63,100 nucleotides of DNA, filler included, from Hausera hauseri (GCA_046269625.1; 12 parts of 12 records of this genome joined end to end with filler, not necessarily neighbours in it), one strand, 5' to 3'; positions 24,753 through 38,265 are shown, counted from the first letter of the whole stretch. Program-made: numbers and translations. The notes: generated by a model not told the origin, from the letters alone.

Positions 24753-27261
24753 AATCCTGCCTTTTCTTCGAAGGCGTCGCTGAATCGGGCCAAGTGACGG
24801 GCTAATTCCTTACCTTCTGGTATAATTTTACTCTGTATATAGCTTCTAATTAATTTTATTTCAACATCTTGTTGATTCTCCTTTATCTTTGCTGCGGACC
24901 CATCCATACTCCATGTAGCTGCAACAACTTCTTTCCTTTCTTTCCTCTGTCCCGTCATCCTGGACAGATAATCGTGTTCCGTATGAAATTGCATATCGTG
25001 TTCCGGGTTTGTATTGAAAATTTATTGTGTAAGGTTGCAATTTGAGAGCCCATTGTATCAAGCGGCTATTTGGATTTTTGTGTTGCTTTAATCACTGCAA
25101 ATGTCGATGATCTGTACATATTAGCAATGACCTGTTCTCGCTAATGTATGGGGAAAATACCTCTAAGGCAAATATTATGGCCAATAATTCCTTTTCGATG
25201 ACAGCGTATTTCTTTCGATGTTTGTTTAATTTTCGCAATGCATAAGCTACTGGGTGTTCTTTCCCATCTTCGCCTTTTCGCGATAGTACTGCGGCAAATC
25301 CGTAATCGCTTGCGTCTGTCGCTAATATGCAGGGTTTAGTCATATCTGGATAGATCAAAATTGGCGCGCTTAATAATTTTTATTTTAAGCTTTTGAATTC
25401 TTTTTGACAATCAGCGGTCCATAGCAATTTCCATAATTCTTCACGCAGCAACTCGTAGAGTGTCTTAGCTATTTAGCTGAAGTCTTTTATGAATCTTCTA
25501 TAATAATTTGCAAATTTTAGAAATCGGCGTAATTCCCTCACCGTGATCGGTTTCGGAAAATCTTTGATTTTACCTATTAACTTGTCCTGCGGTTTTACTC
25601 CGTGTCTATTGACTCGGCGTCCGAGGAAATCAACTTCTGCCTGTGCAAAGGAGCATTTCTTCGGGTTTATCTTAAGACCCATTATTTCACATCTGTCAAA
25701 GAGATCCTGCAAATCCTTTAAATGCTGATGGAAGTCTGATAATGCTATAATCACAATGTCGATGTACACTACAGCGTGTGGTGCGTCCAACAGAAGTAAT
25801 TCCCTTCCTCGTTGAAATGTGTGCGGTCCATTCTTTAATCCGAATAGCATTCTATCAAATTCCCATAATCCTTCGCTTATCGAGAAGGCCGTTTTTGATT
25901 TGTCCTCTTCTTTTACTTCCACCTGCCCTTTTGTAAACCGTGCAGTTTATCCAATATCTCGTCGATTCTCGGTAGCGGATACGTATCCTTCTCCGTTTTC
26001 TTATTTAATGATCTGTAATCTATGCAGAACCTCATAGCTCCGCCCTTCTTTTTAACTATTACCACTGGTGCTGTCCATGGGGAGCAGCTAGGTCGAATTA
26101 TCTTGTTCTCCCTTATTTCTTTTATGATTTTGCGGGCCTCCTGCTTTTTGTCGTAGGCCAGTCGATACGGCCGTTTCTTTAGGGGTTTTTCCTGTCCCTT
26201 TTTTAATTTAATGGCACGCTATATCACTTTTATTGTTCCTAAATCATAGTCATTTTGTGCGAATCTGATATTATTTTTCTCCAGCAACTGAATTAACATT
26301 CCTTTCTTCTCCGTATTCAATACTTTATTATCTTGCAATTTTTCTTCCCAGTTAATGCTAACATTTTTAACTCGATCTTTATTTGTTTCTGTTTTTAACT
26401 TTTCCGTCATCATCTTTTCAATTTAGTCTACGTCTGCAATTACCGAATTAATTTTCTCTTTTGGTATTTCCTCAATCATCGTTATTTATTCTAATCAAGT
26501 ATTTCTTCTTAGTTTCTTTTCTTTATTCTCCGTGTTGCAGATTCTTAGATGAATCATTCCATTTCTTACCTTGTCTACATGTGATGCGACATAAATGTCG
26601 TATTTTTCCATTATTTTCAGAAAAGGTTTGAAATACACGTGTGTTATTTGTACGTCACCTTCTATTCTCCCAGGTATTACTATCTTAGAAAGAGGAGGAA
26701 TAGTTACATCTTTCGTTAGAGAGACCGATCCTTCGTGCTGACATGTACACCTTTTAAGCTGGCCTGTCTTCATATCAAGATACGCATTTTCTAGTTGGTT
26801 CAATACATAACATCCAATCAGTATTTTGTTGGTAAGGTTCTTCGCTACTCAAATGGTGTGGTTTATTGTTTGGTTACCGATCTTGATCTGTGCATTTAGA
26901 AACTTTTTTATCTCTTCCTCCATGCCGAATGCTCCCACATTAATTAGCGTCGTGCTTGGTTTTCTTAACTTTCTTTTTAATTCTTTGAGCAACTGACTTT
27001 CTCTCATTATTGTAGTCGTAGATCTCGTGTCGATTAACGCCGTTAACGGGTATCCATTTACTTCGATGTGTATCTCTGGTCTCGAGGGTAACTGTGGTTC
27101 ATTTTTGTCACTTGTCTTACACGTAAATTCGTGAATGAGTGGTGTAGAATTTTTTTCGTAACCTCGTCTCAACAATAATATCTGATACATAGATACATTC
27201 CTCCATGTTTCATATGTCGCGGGGCTAAGGGACTTATTACCGGTTGCTCATTATAAATCTG

Positions 27262-27850
27262 TTAGTGGTATTCATTGGCAGGATCCAATTGTGGTAAATC
27301 GGTTACCAGTTTTCGTATGTATTTTGATTTCCGTGGCTTTAGAGAAATCCGTTTAAGTCTCATTAGGTATCTACTGCTTTTAGACTTATCTGAGCCGTCA
27401 TCATCATCATCGTCTTTGTTGTTTAATGTACTGTATGGAGAATTCCTTTCAGCTTCGTCATTTCTTTTCCTCAATATTTTTTGTTTCCATTTTGCGTCAT
27501 GATTAGCTAAGAAACAACTTGCTACTGCAGGAATTACAGCTATCAAAATTTTCCAGGAACATCCCACTTCTGCGTAAATTCCATATGCTTTACCAATGGC
27601 AGTAAATACGGTGCGTAAAGCGCTGATGATTAAATATATTGCCAAGAACCCCGAAGCCGCTTGTGCGAAGTATAGGAATATTCTCCACATTTTCTCCATC
27701 ACGTTCTTCGTGACCCTTAAATATTCCCACATTACTCTCCTCGTTAATTCCGTTATTATTATGTCTCTGCTGCGGGAATAGTAGCATACGCCGATAGTCT
27801 TCTAGATTTTGTTGGGAATAGATTCCTCCTTGGGAAATCCCAACGAGTGG
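27262..27850 (-). pseudogene. C-terminal part of a chuvirus-like (class III) envelope glycoprotein
   Basis: GGIYSQQNLEDYRRMLLFPQQR, then after a frameshift KMWRIFLYFAQAASGFLAIYLII..AYGIYAEVGCSWKILIAVIPAV (two hydrophobic segments) and a charged tail. Pattern recalled from chuvirus-type glycoproteins, not searched. Confidence 0.6.
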
Positions 27851-29009
27851 TTCTAATTTCTGATCTGATGTATGTAGTTGCTGATGTATGTTCCTTTCTT
27901 TTTTGTTTATCAGTTTTCGAAGGTTCTCTCTTACGTTATCTACATGTTTTCGCTATATGACCGTACTTATAGCAGTCAAAGCACCTTAACCTTCCTTCAG
28001 AATCTATACTAGGCAATGCCCTTCCATCTTTTTTGAGATACCTTTTCTTGTAGGCTTTGTCTCCGTCATTCTTTAACTTCTTAAAGCGTACCCTCTTCTT
28101 AACGTCTGACTCAGCTTCGGTAGCCGATGTTTGAGAAAGGCTCCGATTTCTTGCATATCGTTGGTGCCTTTGTGTGGTATTATTTTTCCATTTATTATTA
28201 TCACTTCTAGGTTCATTCCACTTAGAATTCGGCGTCCCGTTCGGCTTTTTGCGCCTTTCTTATTGCTTCCTGAAACGTGGTGGGATCAGCCTGTAAGATT
28301 ATAGTTCGTACCTTTCCTTCTAATACGTACTGGAATTGGGCCAACAGTGCATTATTTCTTATTACCGCATCAGAGTATGCCCTTGCTGCTAGGTTTTCCA
28401 GTGCACAGACGTAATCTTAGACCGTCTCATCTTTTCGCTGTCGCCTTCGTATAAATTCTTTTATTCTCCCTTTCCAGAAGGATAAACTAGAAATCTTTGC
28501 TGCAGCTTCTCTTTCACGGTCTTCCAATCTTTCTTATCTTCTTCTGGCATTTGGAAAAATATCGTTAGGACCGTTTCTTTTAGATGGGGAGGCAGCCTCT
28601 CTATCCGTTGTTCGTCATTTCAGTCGAAACTTTTCGAGTACCCTTCGTACTCAATAACAAANNNNNNNNNNNNNNNNNNNNNNNNNNNNNNNNNNNNNNN
28701 NNNNNTTAATTAATTAANNNNNNNNNNNNNNNNNNNNNNNNNNNNNNNNNNNNNNNNNNNNAATCGCTGAGCACTGATGTGCACTATCGATTAGCACGTT
28801 ATCCCGATCGATTCGAGCAATACTGCACGGTGCAGTGATCGATTTGTGAAATGTGCAAAATGTGCTCAGCAACGGTGCCTAGCGGCACGGTCGCTTAGCA
28901 CACTACCAATCGATAGTGCAGTGTAAACAATCCATTAGCACATGTACACTATCAATTTATCGACGCGCACCCCACCCGGGGTGGGACAAAATCCCCATTT
29001 TTACCTTAC

Positions 29010-29344
29010 TCCGAATTTGCTTAAAATGTTATCCATATGGAGATGGAGTTGGCCTTGGAACACATTTGTCATTATATTTTGTCATTATGAAGGGTGATTA
29101 TGACGATTTTCTTCGATGGCCTTTTGCTGGTAAATTATACTTATCATTGCTTGACGGAGAAAATATCATTAAAAGTGACACTTTCCATGTCAAAGATTCT
29201 TCATTGTCCTGTTATGCAAAACCAATTGAAACTTATAATATTGGAAGTGGATCACCAAAATTTATTGATCACTCAACTTTATTTGCAATAATAAAAAACG
29301 ATTATGTTAATATAAGATGTATTGTATTAAATGTTTCTGATTAG
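29010..29344 (+). pseudogene. TRAF-type MATH domain, 5' truncated
   Basis: CLKCYPYGDGVGLGTHLSLYFVIMKGDYDDFLRWPF..NIGSGSPKFI is a TRAF-C signature. Confidence 0.88.
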
Positions 29345-30762
29345 TCTTTCTGATTAGAATCTAAAAATACTCAAACATTTTTGTTCACTTGTGGCCATCT
29401 ACGACTGTAAAGCGCGAAAAATGGGTACATTTGAGCAACCTTCCAAAAGCTTCGATTACAAAGTGATTATCGAGGCTCCTTTCATTGCCAATCCACCGCG
29501 AAATTTTCGATTTATCGCAGCAAAAATTCCAAAATTGCGCAATGGATTCGCGGTGAAAAAAGCCTTAACCGCGAAAACTTTATGATCCTAGATATGATTA
29601 ATGCAACACCATCTTTATTAAAAATCAAATAAACACTGTCAGTAAATATATTTCACATAATAAGGCACATTGAGCCAACATCGGCAAAACGAATGTTTTT
29701 ATTTATAAAACGAATTAAACCTCTGGATAAATTAAGCATGTTTCATAGAACCAAGATATTAATTAAATATATATTTACATTTGTCGATGCTTCATTTATA
29801 TATTATCCAGTGTTCTGAATAGAGGACACTTTAATTTTAAACAAAAATTTTACTGATTTACTCGATAATCAATTTCCATTACGAATATACAGATAGTTAA
29901 CATGAAACTCATAGCAATATAGCTGGTGAGAAATTCAACTATCACCATGGTAATGTGGTAGAAATGATTTTATGGGCAAGGAAATTGTCGGTTAACAATG
30001 TGTGCCATTCTCTTCTGGCGACGATCTCAATATGCGTCATAAAATTAATTGATTCAGTAGAAAGAAATTCGTCATTGTTGCAACACGAATATCTGACATA
30101 TTGGTTCATTATGACTACATGAGAATAACTGATGATTTTAATTTAATGATTATAAATTCTAATCGATTGTATTTATTTGGTAAATTTGTTGGTTTTGTTA
30201 TGCCCATAGAACAAATATCTTAACTTTTGTGGGGACAGATTATCAATTATTTAAATTACACAATAGAATATGGTATCGGCAGAATGCAGAATATCTCTCA
30301 CCTAGCTGAGACAAACCGATTCCGTTATGACATACGTCCAAGGTAGGCGCTCATTACAAAAATTAATAGCTGCTTTCTGTTCCGAGAATTCAGCAATACA
30401 TAAACCTTATAACCTAATGCATAAATTACGTACATAATAGTGAAATTAAACTAAATCAAGATTACTATTATGAAATTGCTTTATGAAGCGATTTACAATA
30501 ACTAAGATACTTACTGCTGAAATTAAACCTAATAAAACTGGGGTGCAAAATATACTGAGTGAACAGTGAGAATCAAAATCTTTTTATATACATATACACC
30601 TCAGCCACAACAAATTGAAAGTTGGATAAATCCGGTTAGTTACAAAAAATGTTTCAATTGGAGATTGGATTCAAAATAAAATTGTATGTAATGTATCTAT
30701 TTGTTCAGTGCAACGTTGATTGTTTGGTTTTGCACTTGCCGAATATTTGTATGTAAACAAAT

Positions 30763-32450
30763 TTAGTATGTTGTGAATAATGCATCATAGAAGTGATTCA
30801 TGTTCAGTACTTTGTTTTTGATTTTGTTAACTTGATCCAAAACTGTACCGATATTTTTCTTTAAGATTTTCTGATTGTTATCGTTAAAGGCTTGTGTGAC
30901 GCTCAACGTATTGACACCGAGTTCCTGTAAACGTCTAATGACATTTGGGGTCAATACGTCAGCCGGCAATATAGTTACATTGTCACTAACTAGTATCATA
31001 TTGCTAATAAACGGTAACAGGGCTTTAATATTGTTTTCAATAGGCACAGGAGCGATGTTCTCACCTCCAGCAGTGATGATGAGTTCTCTGGTTTTGCCGG
31101 TTGCGAACAGATGTTCATTGTTTTCAACTTTTCCATGACAACCAGAATGAAACCATCCAGCAGCATTAAGAGTTTACTAATTTCGCAATTCTGTTTCATC
31201 CGGATTGTTTATCATTAATTCGGAGCCTATCATAAGAATCCCAATGGTACAGATTTTTATCTTGCCGAATAACCCGAGTGTTGCTGGTCCGCTACATTCG
31301 GACGTATCAAAAACCTGTTGAATGTGAGTATCAAAGTTCAGGTAGACGTCTAATGTATCTTTCATCGCTGGTGCTGCCGTTGACGAAACGAGTGCACAAT
31401 CATACGAACCGAGAGTCGTTCAAGCTTTATTAAACACCAAATATTTAGACACGATGTACGACATACACGTCGGTTTGCCAGATATTTTTGTCAAGCTATT
31501 TTTATATTCAACTTTCGTAGCCCAAAGAGTAGGGTATTTTTTGGTTTCGTTGACGTAGAACCAATTTCATGAATCTTTTCAAACTCTCGGGGCACTCCGA
31601 TAAAAGCTGTTGGTCGAATCACTTTCAACGTTTGTCCAAGAGTACCCTTGAGTACATCAAATTCGATGAAATAAATAGTTGTACCAAAAACAACAGTGCT
31701 CAAAACGTGAATTGTTAGCAGCAACATGACTCAACGGTAAGTAAGGTATCACTGTTTGATGGAACGGCTCGAAACCGATTTTCAAAATCGCAGGTCTGGG
31801 GCAAAAGGTGCATTATCATGACTCGAAATAACGCCTTTCGGAGTACCGGTGGTACAGCTCGTGTGAATGATAGGGGCGCAATAATCTATATTTAGGTTAT
31901 TGCTCCTGGTTCGCATTTTTTCGGTTCCTCCTAATGAGCCTAACTCCATAAATTCCTCCCAAGAAGAGATTATAACTAGACAAGACTTTCTTACTTTTCC
32001 GTAACCGACTCAGTGGGTTGAATTATGGCTTTGATTTTTGTCTCTGAAAGTATATGGAAATTTTTTTTTAATTGAACATCGTTTTCTACCACCACAATTT
32101 GACAGTTATAATAGTTGATAATGAATTTATACGTGTCAGCGTTGTTTGTCGTATAGATGTCACAAACCACGCCACCAGAGAAAATGACCCCAAGTTCCGT
32201 CGGACACCATGCAACATGACTGGGTCCAATTATTCCGACACCACTGCGGTGAGATAAACCAAACTTTATGAAAATTCTGGCTGCTTTATCAGTCAATTTT
32301 AAATATTTTTTAATCTTTATTGTTCCATCGGATGTTTTATTGGATCACTTTTGTAACGTAATACCGGAAAATCGTGATGCTTGTGGTATAGTTTCTCGTG
32401 GAATACGTTCGAAAATTCCTTTACGAACATAAAATATAACAGTTTGCTCT
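30763..32450 (-). pseudogene. ACSBG: long-chain fatty acyl-CoA ligase, bubblegum type, intronless and disrupted
   Basis: IYTTN..CQIVVVEN, HTSCTTGTPKGV.SSHDN (AMP-binding), YLPLSHVAA, LKGTLGQTL..RPTAFIGVPR, SECSGP, ELIITAGGENIAPVPIE; many frameshifts. Confidence 0.88.
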
Positions 32451-33136
32451 TCATATAGTTTGAAATTTCAAAAATTTCAAAACGGTTCTTCGAATTTATG
32501 TGATGTATTTGTAAAACGACAAAAGTGTGAAAAAAAGTGCCGAGTATCACTAAATGAGAAATTTATTACACGTCGACATATAGAAAAATGCAGCTGTCAC
32601 GATGGCCGTACTTGGTCGAAGTAGATTTGTAATTGACTTCTGACACCATTGTAAAACTGAGTTATTGACAAAATTATCTTTTTCCTTAAACTCGGGACAG
32701 TTTTACTACGTTTCCATCCACATGAAAACATTTTTTCTAAAATTGATCGTCAGTTTCACCCGCGTCCACAAAGAACCATTTAAAAAACCATTCAGACTCG
32801 GAGAACGAGTTTCCATGAAAACACAATTTCTTTTACTCCTCCAGACCTATAAGTGGCGCTTAACAAGACGTATGGGACATAACGCTTCCACATGAGGTTA
32901 GTGGTAAACACAGTAAGAAAACAAAAGATGGTTATGTCTGAGTGGTATGACACATTTAAGGTTACAGATTGGGTTAGTGGTTGGGCTACATGATCATTTT
33001 CACTGTCCAGAAGAACACACAGGAGAGAAATTTTCANNNNNNNNNNNNNNNNNNNNNNNNNNNNNNNNNNNNNNNNNNNNTTAATTAATTAANNNNNNNN
33101 NNNNNNNNNNNNNNNNNNNNNNNNNNNNNNNNNNNN

Positions 33137-33480
33137 ATTTATAGCTTTGTCAACGTTAATTAAACAATGAATGCGCATTTTGTCCCTTGTCGGCTTTAAG
33201 AGTTTTTTGCAAATTAATACATTTAACAATTTAATCGACCTCTTACCGTCACATAAATCCAAATAGAGAGCGTCAACAGCTTCTGGTACTTTAACCAAAT
33301 GGGAATACATCCACTTCGTAAATGTTTCCTTTGAATCATTTCACGTTCCTCGGGTAGTGCTTCAGTTCGAGACTTTTCGAACAATTTGGCAAAGTCATCT
33401 TCATTGCAAGAAAAAATCCCATTGGCATTGCCATTTGCGTCCCATTTCATATTTTGCGGCATGCTTTGAACTTTCATTGT
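33137..33480 (-). pseudogene. beta-spectrin N-terminal CH1 actin-binding domain, frameshifted, truncated by the contig end
   Basis: KLFEKSR..AL..EREMIQ / ETFTKWMYSHL..LYLDLCDG..IKLL..KPT..KMRIHCL.NVDKA. Confidence 0.88.
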
Positions 33481-34171
33481 GTTTGAAAAATGCATCTGAC
33501 ACGAAAACCGACAAAATAGAAGCAATGAAATCACAGGAATAATATCAGTAATGTTTCTGTCTGACACCAATTATTAGAATTAAGTTTGTCAAATAAGACT
33601 GAAAATGCAGCGATATAATTCCAACAATACGGAATAAGATAAATCCAAAATTAAGTGATTTAAATCGCAGGAATAAATTCTAAATATACTAAGCCAAAGT
33701 TAAAGATAAGCAAAAAAATCCAATATGGCAATATAATCAATTTATTTGAATACACGTACAATATTGTAAATATACTATACAATATACAAACAAATGCTAA
33801 AAGTTTGTAAAATAACACTTTGTACATGGTGTATAGTAATCAAAATACAATTTAATTATTTGAAATAAAAATTGAAACTTGTAAAAAAGGCAGGTCAAGT
33901 CATTGTTGCCACAAAAGAATTTTCCAATGGTGAAAAGTAAAGATTAACGAATTTGAAATGAATTATTGATGTTTTTGAGTTGCAGTTGAAAATAAAGACA
34001 ACTTCTTGACACACGCACGCACGCACGATAGCTCATACGTAATCACAGAATAATCGAAATATAAAGACAGAATAAAATTTCAAGGAGACCCAGATGAACT
34101 TGTCGATGTTTGTCTTTTAATGACAATCGATCGGTTTTTGTTGATTGAAATTCACAAGAGCTGTCTTCCGT

Positions 34172-34561
34172 TTAGTGGCCCCTCATTTGATTTTCTAGAA
34201 TTAGTGATACAAATTTCTGTGAAACGACTGTAATTTGAGACGTGATTTCATTTGTGAATTTAAAATTCTGATTTTGGAATACTTCACGACTTACTTTTGT
34301 AACGCCACAATGAATGGTTAAATTAGAGTTCAAATAGAATATTGATTTCACGTTGTCTACATTGAATTTCAAGTTTGAAAGTAAATTGTTGTCTAAGATA
34401 TATTTATCTGTATGACTTTTCTTTTGAAACCAGATGCATCTCTCAGTGTCTATTCTTCCAGAACCAATACGGATATCCAGTGTGTAATTACAATAGTTGG
34501 AAGAACAGTAATCAACGTATTCCACTGGTTTTATGTTCATCATAAATGTGCCGGGTGCCAT
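34172..34561 (-). CDS. hypothetical protein fragment
   Basis: 129-codon ORF with Cys spacing suggesting an extracellular protein; no family recognised. Confidence 0.2.
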   Translation of the reverse strand: MAPGTFMMNIKPVEYVDYCSSNYCNYTLDIRIGSGRIDTERCIWFQKKSHTDKYILDNNLLSNLKFNVDNVKSIFYLNSNLTIHCGVTKVSREVFQNQNFKFTNEITSQITVVSQKFVSLILENQMRGH

Positions 34562-37490
34562 TGTGTTTTTTTTTGAAAGGCAATAGTATCCATATCATCG
34601 TGCAGCAACAGGACCCGGCGGAAGAGGCCGGTAAGGCCCGAGGTATGGGATGCTATTGAAGCGATGGCAGGCGCCCGACGTCGCCCGGCCATCCGGCCGC
34701 GGGGCGTGCAAAAGGTAAGCACCACACTACCCCCACCTGTAGCAAAGTGTAAACTATAAAGGATAAAAAAATAAAAAGAAGAAATGCGCAAAACAGGAAA
34801 AAGTACGTATGGAAGTATATGTTGAGACTGTTGTATACCCTGGTGATTTTAAAATGAGGTGTCATAGAACCTTACTGTTTTCTTTTGTGGTGTGCGTGTT
34901 CTATTTGGTTGAGGAAAATTTTGGGGTAAAACGGATGTTGAATTTTGGGTTGTCTTGTGTAAGAGTGGAGATAGAAGATGAGGAGATGAAGAAGAGGAAG
35001 TAAAAGTGGCAGGAGGAGTGGAAGTAGAGGTGATGGAGTCAGTGAAGGAGATTGTGGGAGGTGAAAGAGTTGAAGGTGGAATTATAGACGTTTGTAGGAA
35101 AGTAAATGGAGGAGGGTTGTTGAAATGAAAATCAGCAGGTGTGTGAAAGTTTAAGGTTGAAGTATTGTGAGGAAGTGAAGGAGATAAGCTGGAAAAGGCG
35201 GAAGAAATTTGATGCTTTGATGGAGATCGGTGAGGGAGTGGATTAAAGAATTGGACCGAAATGGGAGGTAGTTGAGGTCGTTGAAGTGTTAGGCAAGGTA
35301 TGTGAAGTAGTGGAAAACAACGAAGGCTGAGATGTAATAGCTGGTTGAGTAGATGTTTGTGAGGACTGATTATCAGATTGACTTTGGGTGTTTGCGGGGG
35401 TCGACAAAGGAGTAGTTTCAGCTGAAGTGGTATCGTCAATAAAGAAAGCTGGTTTTAAGTTAGTAATATGGACTGATTGTTCTTTGTTGTCCTTAAGAAT
35501 GATGGCGTGGCCGAAAACCGACCGGAGTTCGGTTTTTTAACCAAACGAATTTAGCTGTGTAAAGGTCGTTAGGAACGTATGGTCGATTGCCATGTAGAAC
35601 TCTGCAAAAGGCGTCTTTACTGATAGTAACAAAATGTTCCTGGGCCACCCGAATTGTTTCATCAGTAGGTGAGTTGTCTCGCTCAGTTAACTCGAAAATG
35701 GCACGTAATGGTGTGCCAAATAGAGCCTCCGACGGGGAGCAAGCGGTTGATGTGGATGGGGTTTTCCGCCATCGGAGTAAGACAAAAGGTGAAAGGTTTA
35801 CCCATTGGGGGTTGTGTTCAGCTTGAATTCTGAGAGAGGTTTTCATTGTACGATGAAAACGCTCTAAAAGGTCGTTCGACTGGAGGTGGTAGGGTGTTGT
35901 GTGGATGTGAGATATGCCCAGTCGATTTACTAGTGATTTAAAAAGATTCGACTCGAATTGGGGGCCTTGGTCGGTGATGTGTTTGGGTGAGCCGAATTGG
36001 CTCAGCCATACACGTATAAAGGCGTCAGTTATGGACTCAGTGTTTGTGGATCGAAGTGGAACTGCTTCTGGCCATCTAGACGAACGGTCTGTTATTGTGA
36101 CGATGAATTGGTGACCGTTGTCTCGTGGAAGAGGGTCGACGATATTGAGATGGACAGTATCAAAGCGTGACGTACAAGGAAAATGATAAAGTGGCGGCTT
36201 TAGGTTTTTAGTGATTTTGAATTTTTGGCATGCCGCACACTCCTTAACCCATGCCTGTACATCTGTTTTCATTGATGGCCATGTAACTTGGCGTTTTAAG
36301 AGGTGGTATGTGGCCTTAGATCCTGGATGGTGTAAGGCATGAATATTTGTAAAGGCTATTCTTTGGAGCGAAGGAACTAGTATGATTTTAGGCTATCCAG
36401 GGTAGGTGGTATCGAAAGCCACGCCATCAATGATTTTAAAAGATTTATAAGAAGTGAGAGTTTCATCATCCGGTTGATTCCGTCGAAGCGTCGCATTATC
36501 TAGGATTGGTTTAAAAGTTATCGAGTCAACTGAACGTGACAAAAAATCAGCTATAACGTTGTCTGTACCGTTTATATGTTTTATTGTAAAATTGAAAGTT
36601 GACAAATAGGATATATATCTTTCTTGACGTGGAAAGGGAGATTTCATGGTGAGAATATGTAGCAGCGGTTTATGGTCTGTTTGGATTGTGAAGGTGCGTG
36701 ACATTAAGAGATGTTTGAAATGCTTGACTGCGAGGACCATTGCTAAAAGTTCTCTATCAAAGGTAGAGTATTTTTGTTTTATTGTAGTAAACTTTCTAGA
36801 AAAGAACTCTAAATGTTGATGCGCGTTGTTTTTAAATGGGTGGAGTACTGCGCCTGCAGCGATAGTTGATGCGTCCGTTTTAAGAAAAGTTTCTGATGTA
36901 GAATCTGGATAGGCTAATATTTCTACTGTTTTGAGATTTGTTTTTAGGTGTTTGAAAGCATTAACAAGGTCAAATGTCCAAATAATAGGTTGTTTCTTTT
37001 GACCAGAACTTAAGGTAGCGAATGGAGCGGTTAAGGTCGAACAATGCAGCACGTATTTGTGAATAAAATGCAAGGTACCGAGGAAGGAACGCATTTCTGA
37101 AGTTGTGCGCGGTAATTGAATGTTTTTCAGTTGAGTGATGCGGTCTTGCTGTGGAGCGTGTCCGGTTAGAGTAATAATGTGTCCAAGGAAATTAATTTTT
37201 TGTTTAAAGAAGGAGCATTTTGCGAAGTTTATTTGGAGATTATTTTGGTGCAAGCGTTTGAAAACAATACGTAGGTGCTCAGTGTGATGTTTAGAGGATA
37301 AGGAGGCAATTAAAATATCATAGATGTAAGGATATGCAAAATCTAAGTCTGAGAGGATGGTGTCTATATGCCTCTGAAGGGTTTGGGCTGCACTGCGTAA
37401 GCCAAATGGCATGTATAAATATTCAAAAAGTCCGAAAGGAGTTGTTACTGCCGTTTTTGGGATGTCTGCTGGTGCTACAGGGATTTGGTG
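34562..37490 (-). mobile_element. Ty3/Gypsy element 3' half (RT, RH, IN, Pro/Ser tail, PPT, LTR start); same family as 1433-6775
   Basis: MPFGLRSAAQT, TDASTIAAGAVL, FDRELLA, HALHHPG, WPEAVPL, TDQGPQF, ERFHRTMK; PPT GGTGGGGGTAG near 34735 then a GC-rich LTR-like segment. Confidence 0.93.
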
Positions 37491-38265
37491 NNNNNNNNNN
37501 NNNNNNNNNNNNNNNNNNNNNNNNNNNNNNNNNNTTAATTAATTAANNNNNNNNNNNNNNNNNNNNNNNNNNNNNNNNNNNNNNNNNNNNTTAATGTTTA
37601 TGATACAATTTTTTTTATTTCACAGCCAATTATTGAAAAAAGGTCGCGACACGTTCATTAGTTTTATTAGCACAAAAGAAACGGTAAATGTAATACATAC
37701 ATGTACGCACTAGTAAGTCATTGTGGAATAATAGATTATTTGTAGCCACAAATTTCAAGTTTAGTTAATAGTCACATTTGTTAGTTGCTTTCAATTCTTC
37801 CATTAATTTCACCCCTCGTTCAGCGATGATATTTTCCCGCTGGACACCGATTATGGAATCTTCAAAACTCCAGTGCGTCTGAAAGCCCTTTAATGCGGGG
37901 ACACTTAAGAAGTTCAATTGCTGTTGATAAACGTGTTGTTATTTCTTCTTTGTTCATTTATTCCGAGAACCACGCTGCTTGCATGAAACCAGACCCCCCT
38001 TCTGAATGAGAATCGGAGTGGTTCGTGGATGAGTCATAGGGTTGAAAAAATGATACACATATACACGTTTAATAGGGTGTAGATGGAAGGCACACAAGCA
38101 CTTTAGTGATACACACAATCAGGCGTACTGTATGTATTTGGAGTGTTTACAAAATTTGAATTTTGCGCATGCAAAAAAATTGTTTAAATTTCGCGGTAAA
38201 AAATTTTGTTTAAATTTTGGTACATTGTTATATATTTGTAGATTTTTAATTTACGTGCGAAAAAA

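Larger units (their letters stand above)
22585..28661 (-). mobile_element. Ty3/Gypsy LTR retrotransposon with env-like sequences (second family), degenerate
   Basis: gag with CFDCYKYGHIAKTC knuckle (~27960), protease ALIDTRST, RT (KTAF, LFGLKN, VYIDI), RNase H (ATDASDYG, EKELLAI, TDHRHL), integrase (MDITGP, TDQASN, NGMVER, GPY). No LTRs inside the contig. Confidence 0.93.

Noticed and set aside
28762-29000. Short inverted repeats (GCACTATCGATT/AATCGATAGTGC) and the N-terminus of ORF 28916..29344
   Set aside because: Probably a MITE or transposon-end fragment; no termini or TSD could be defined, and the ORF start is not TRAF-like.
34849-34880. PP1-docking RVxF-like motif at the pol C-terminus (KTVRF here, RHVTF near 1765)
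   Set aside because: Short and degenerate; similar basic VxF tails are common after Gypsy integrases.
37770-37960. Small frameshifted minus-strand ORF (MNKEEITTRL...) upstream of the RING gene
   Set aside because: Possibly further Polinton cargo, but too short and featureless to support.
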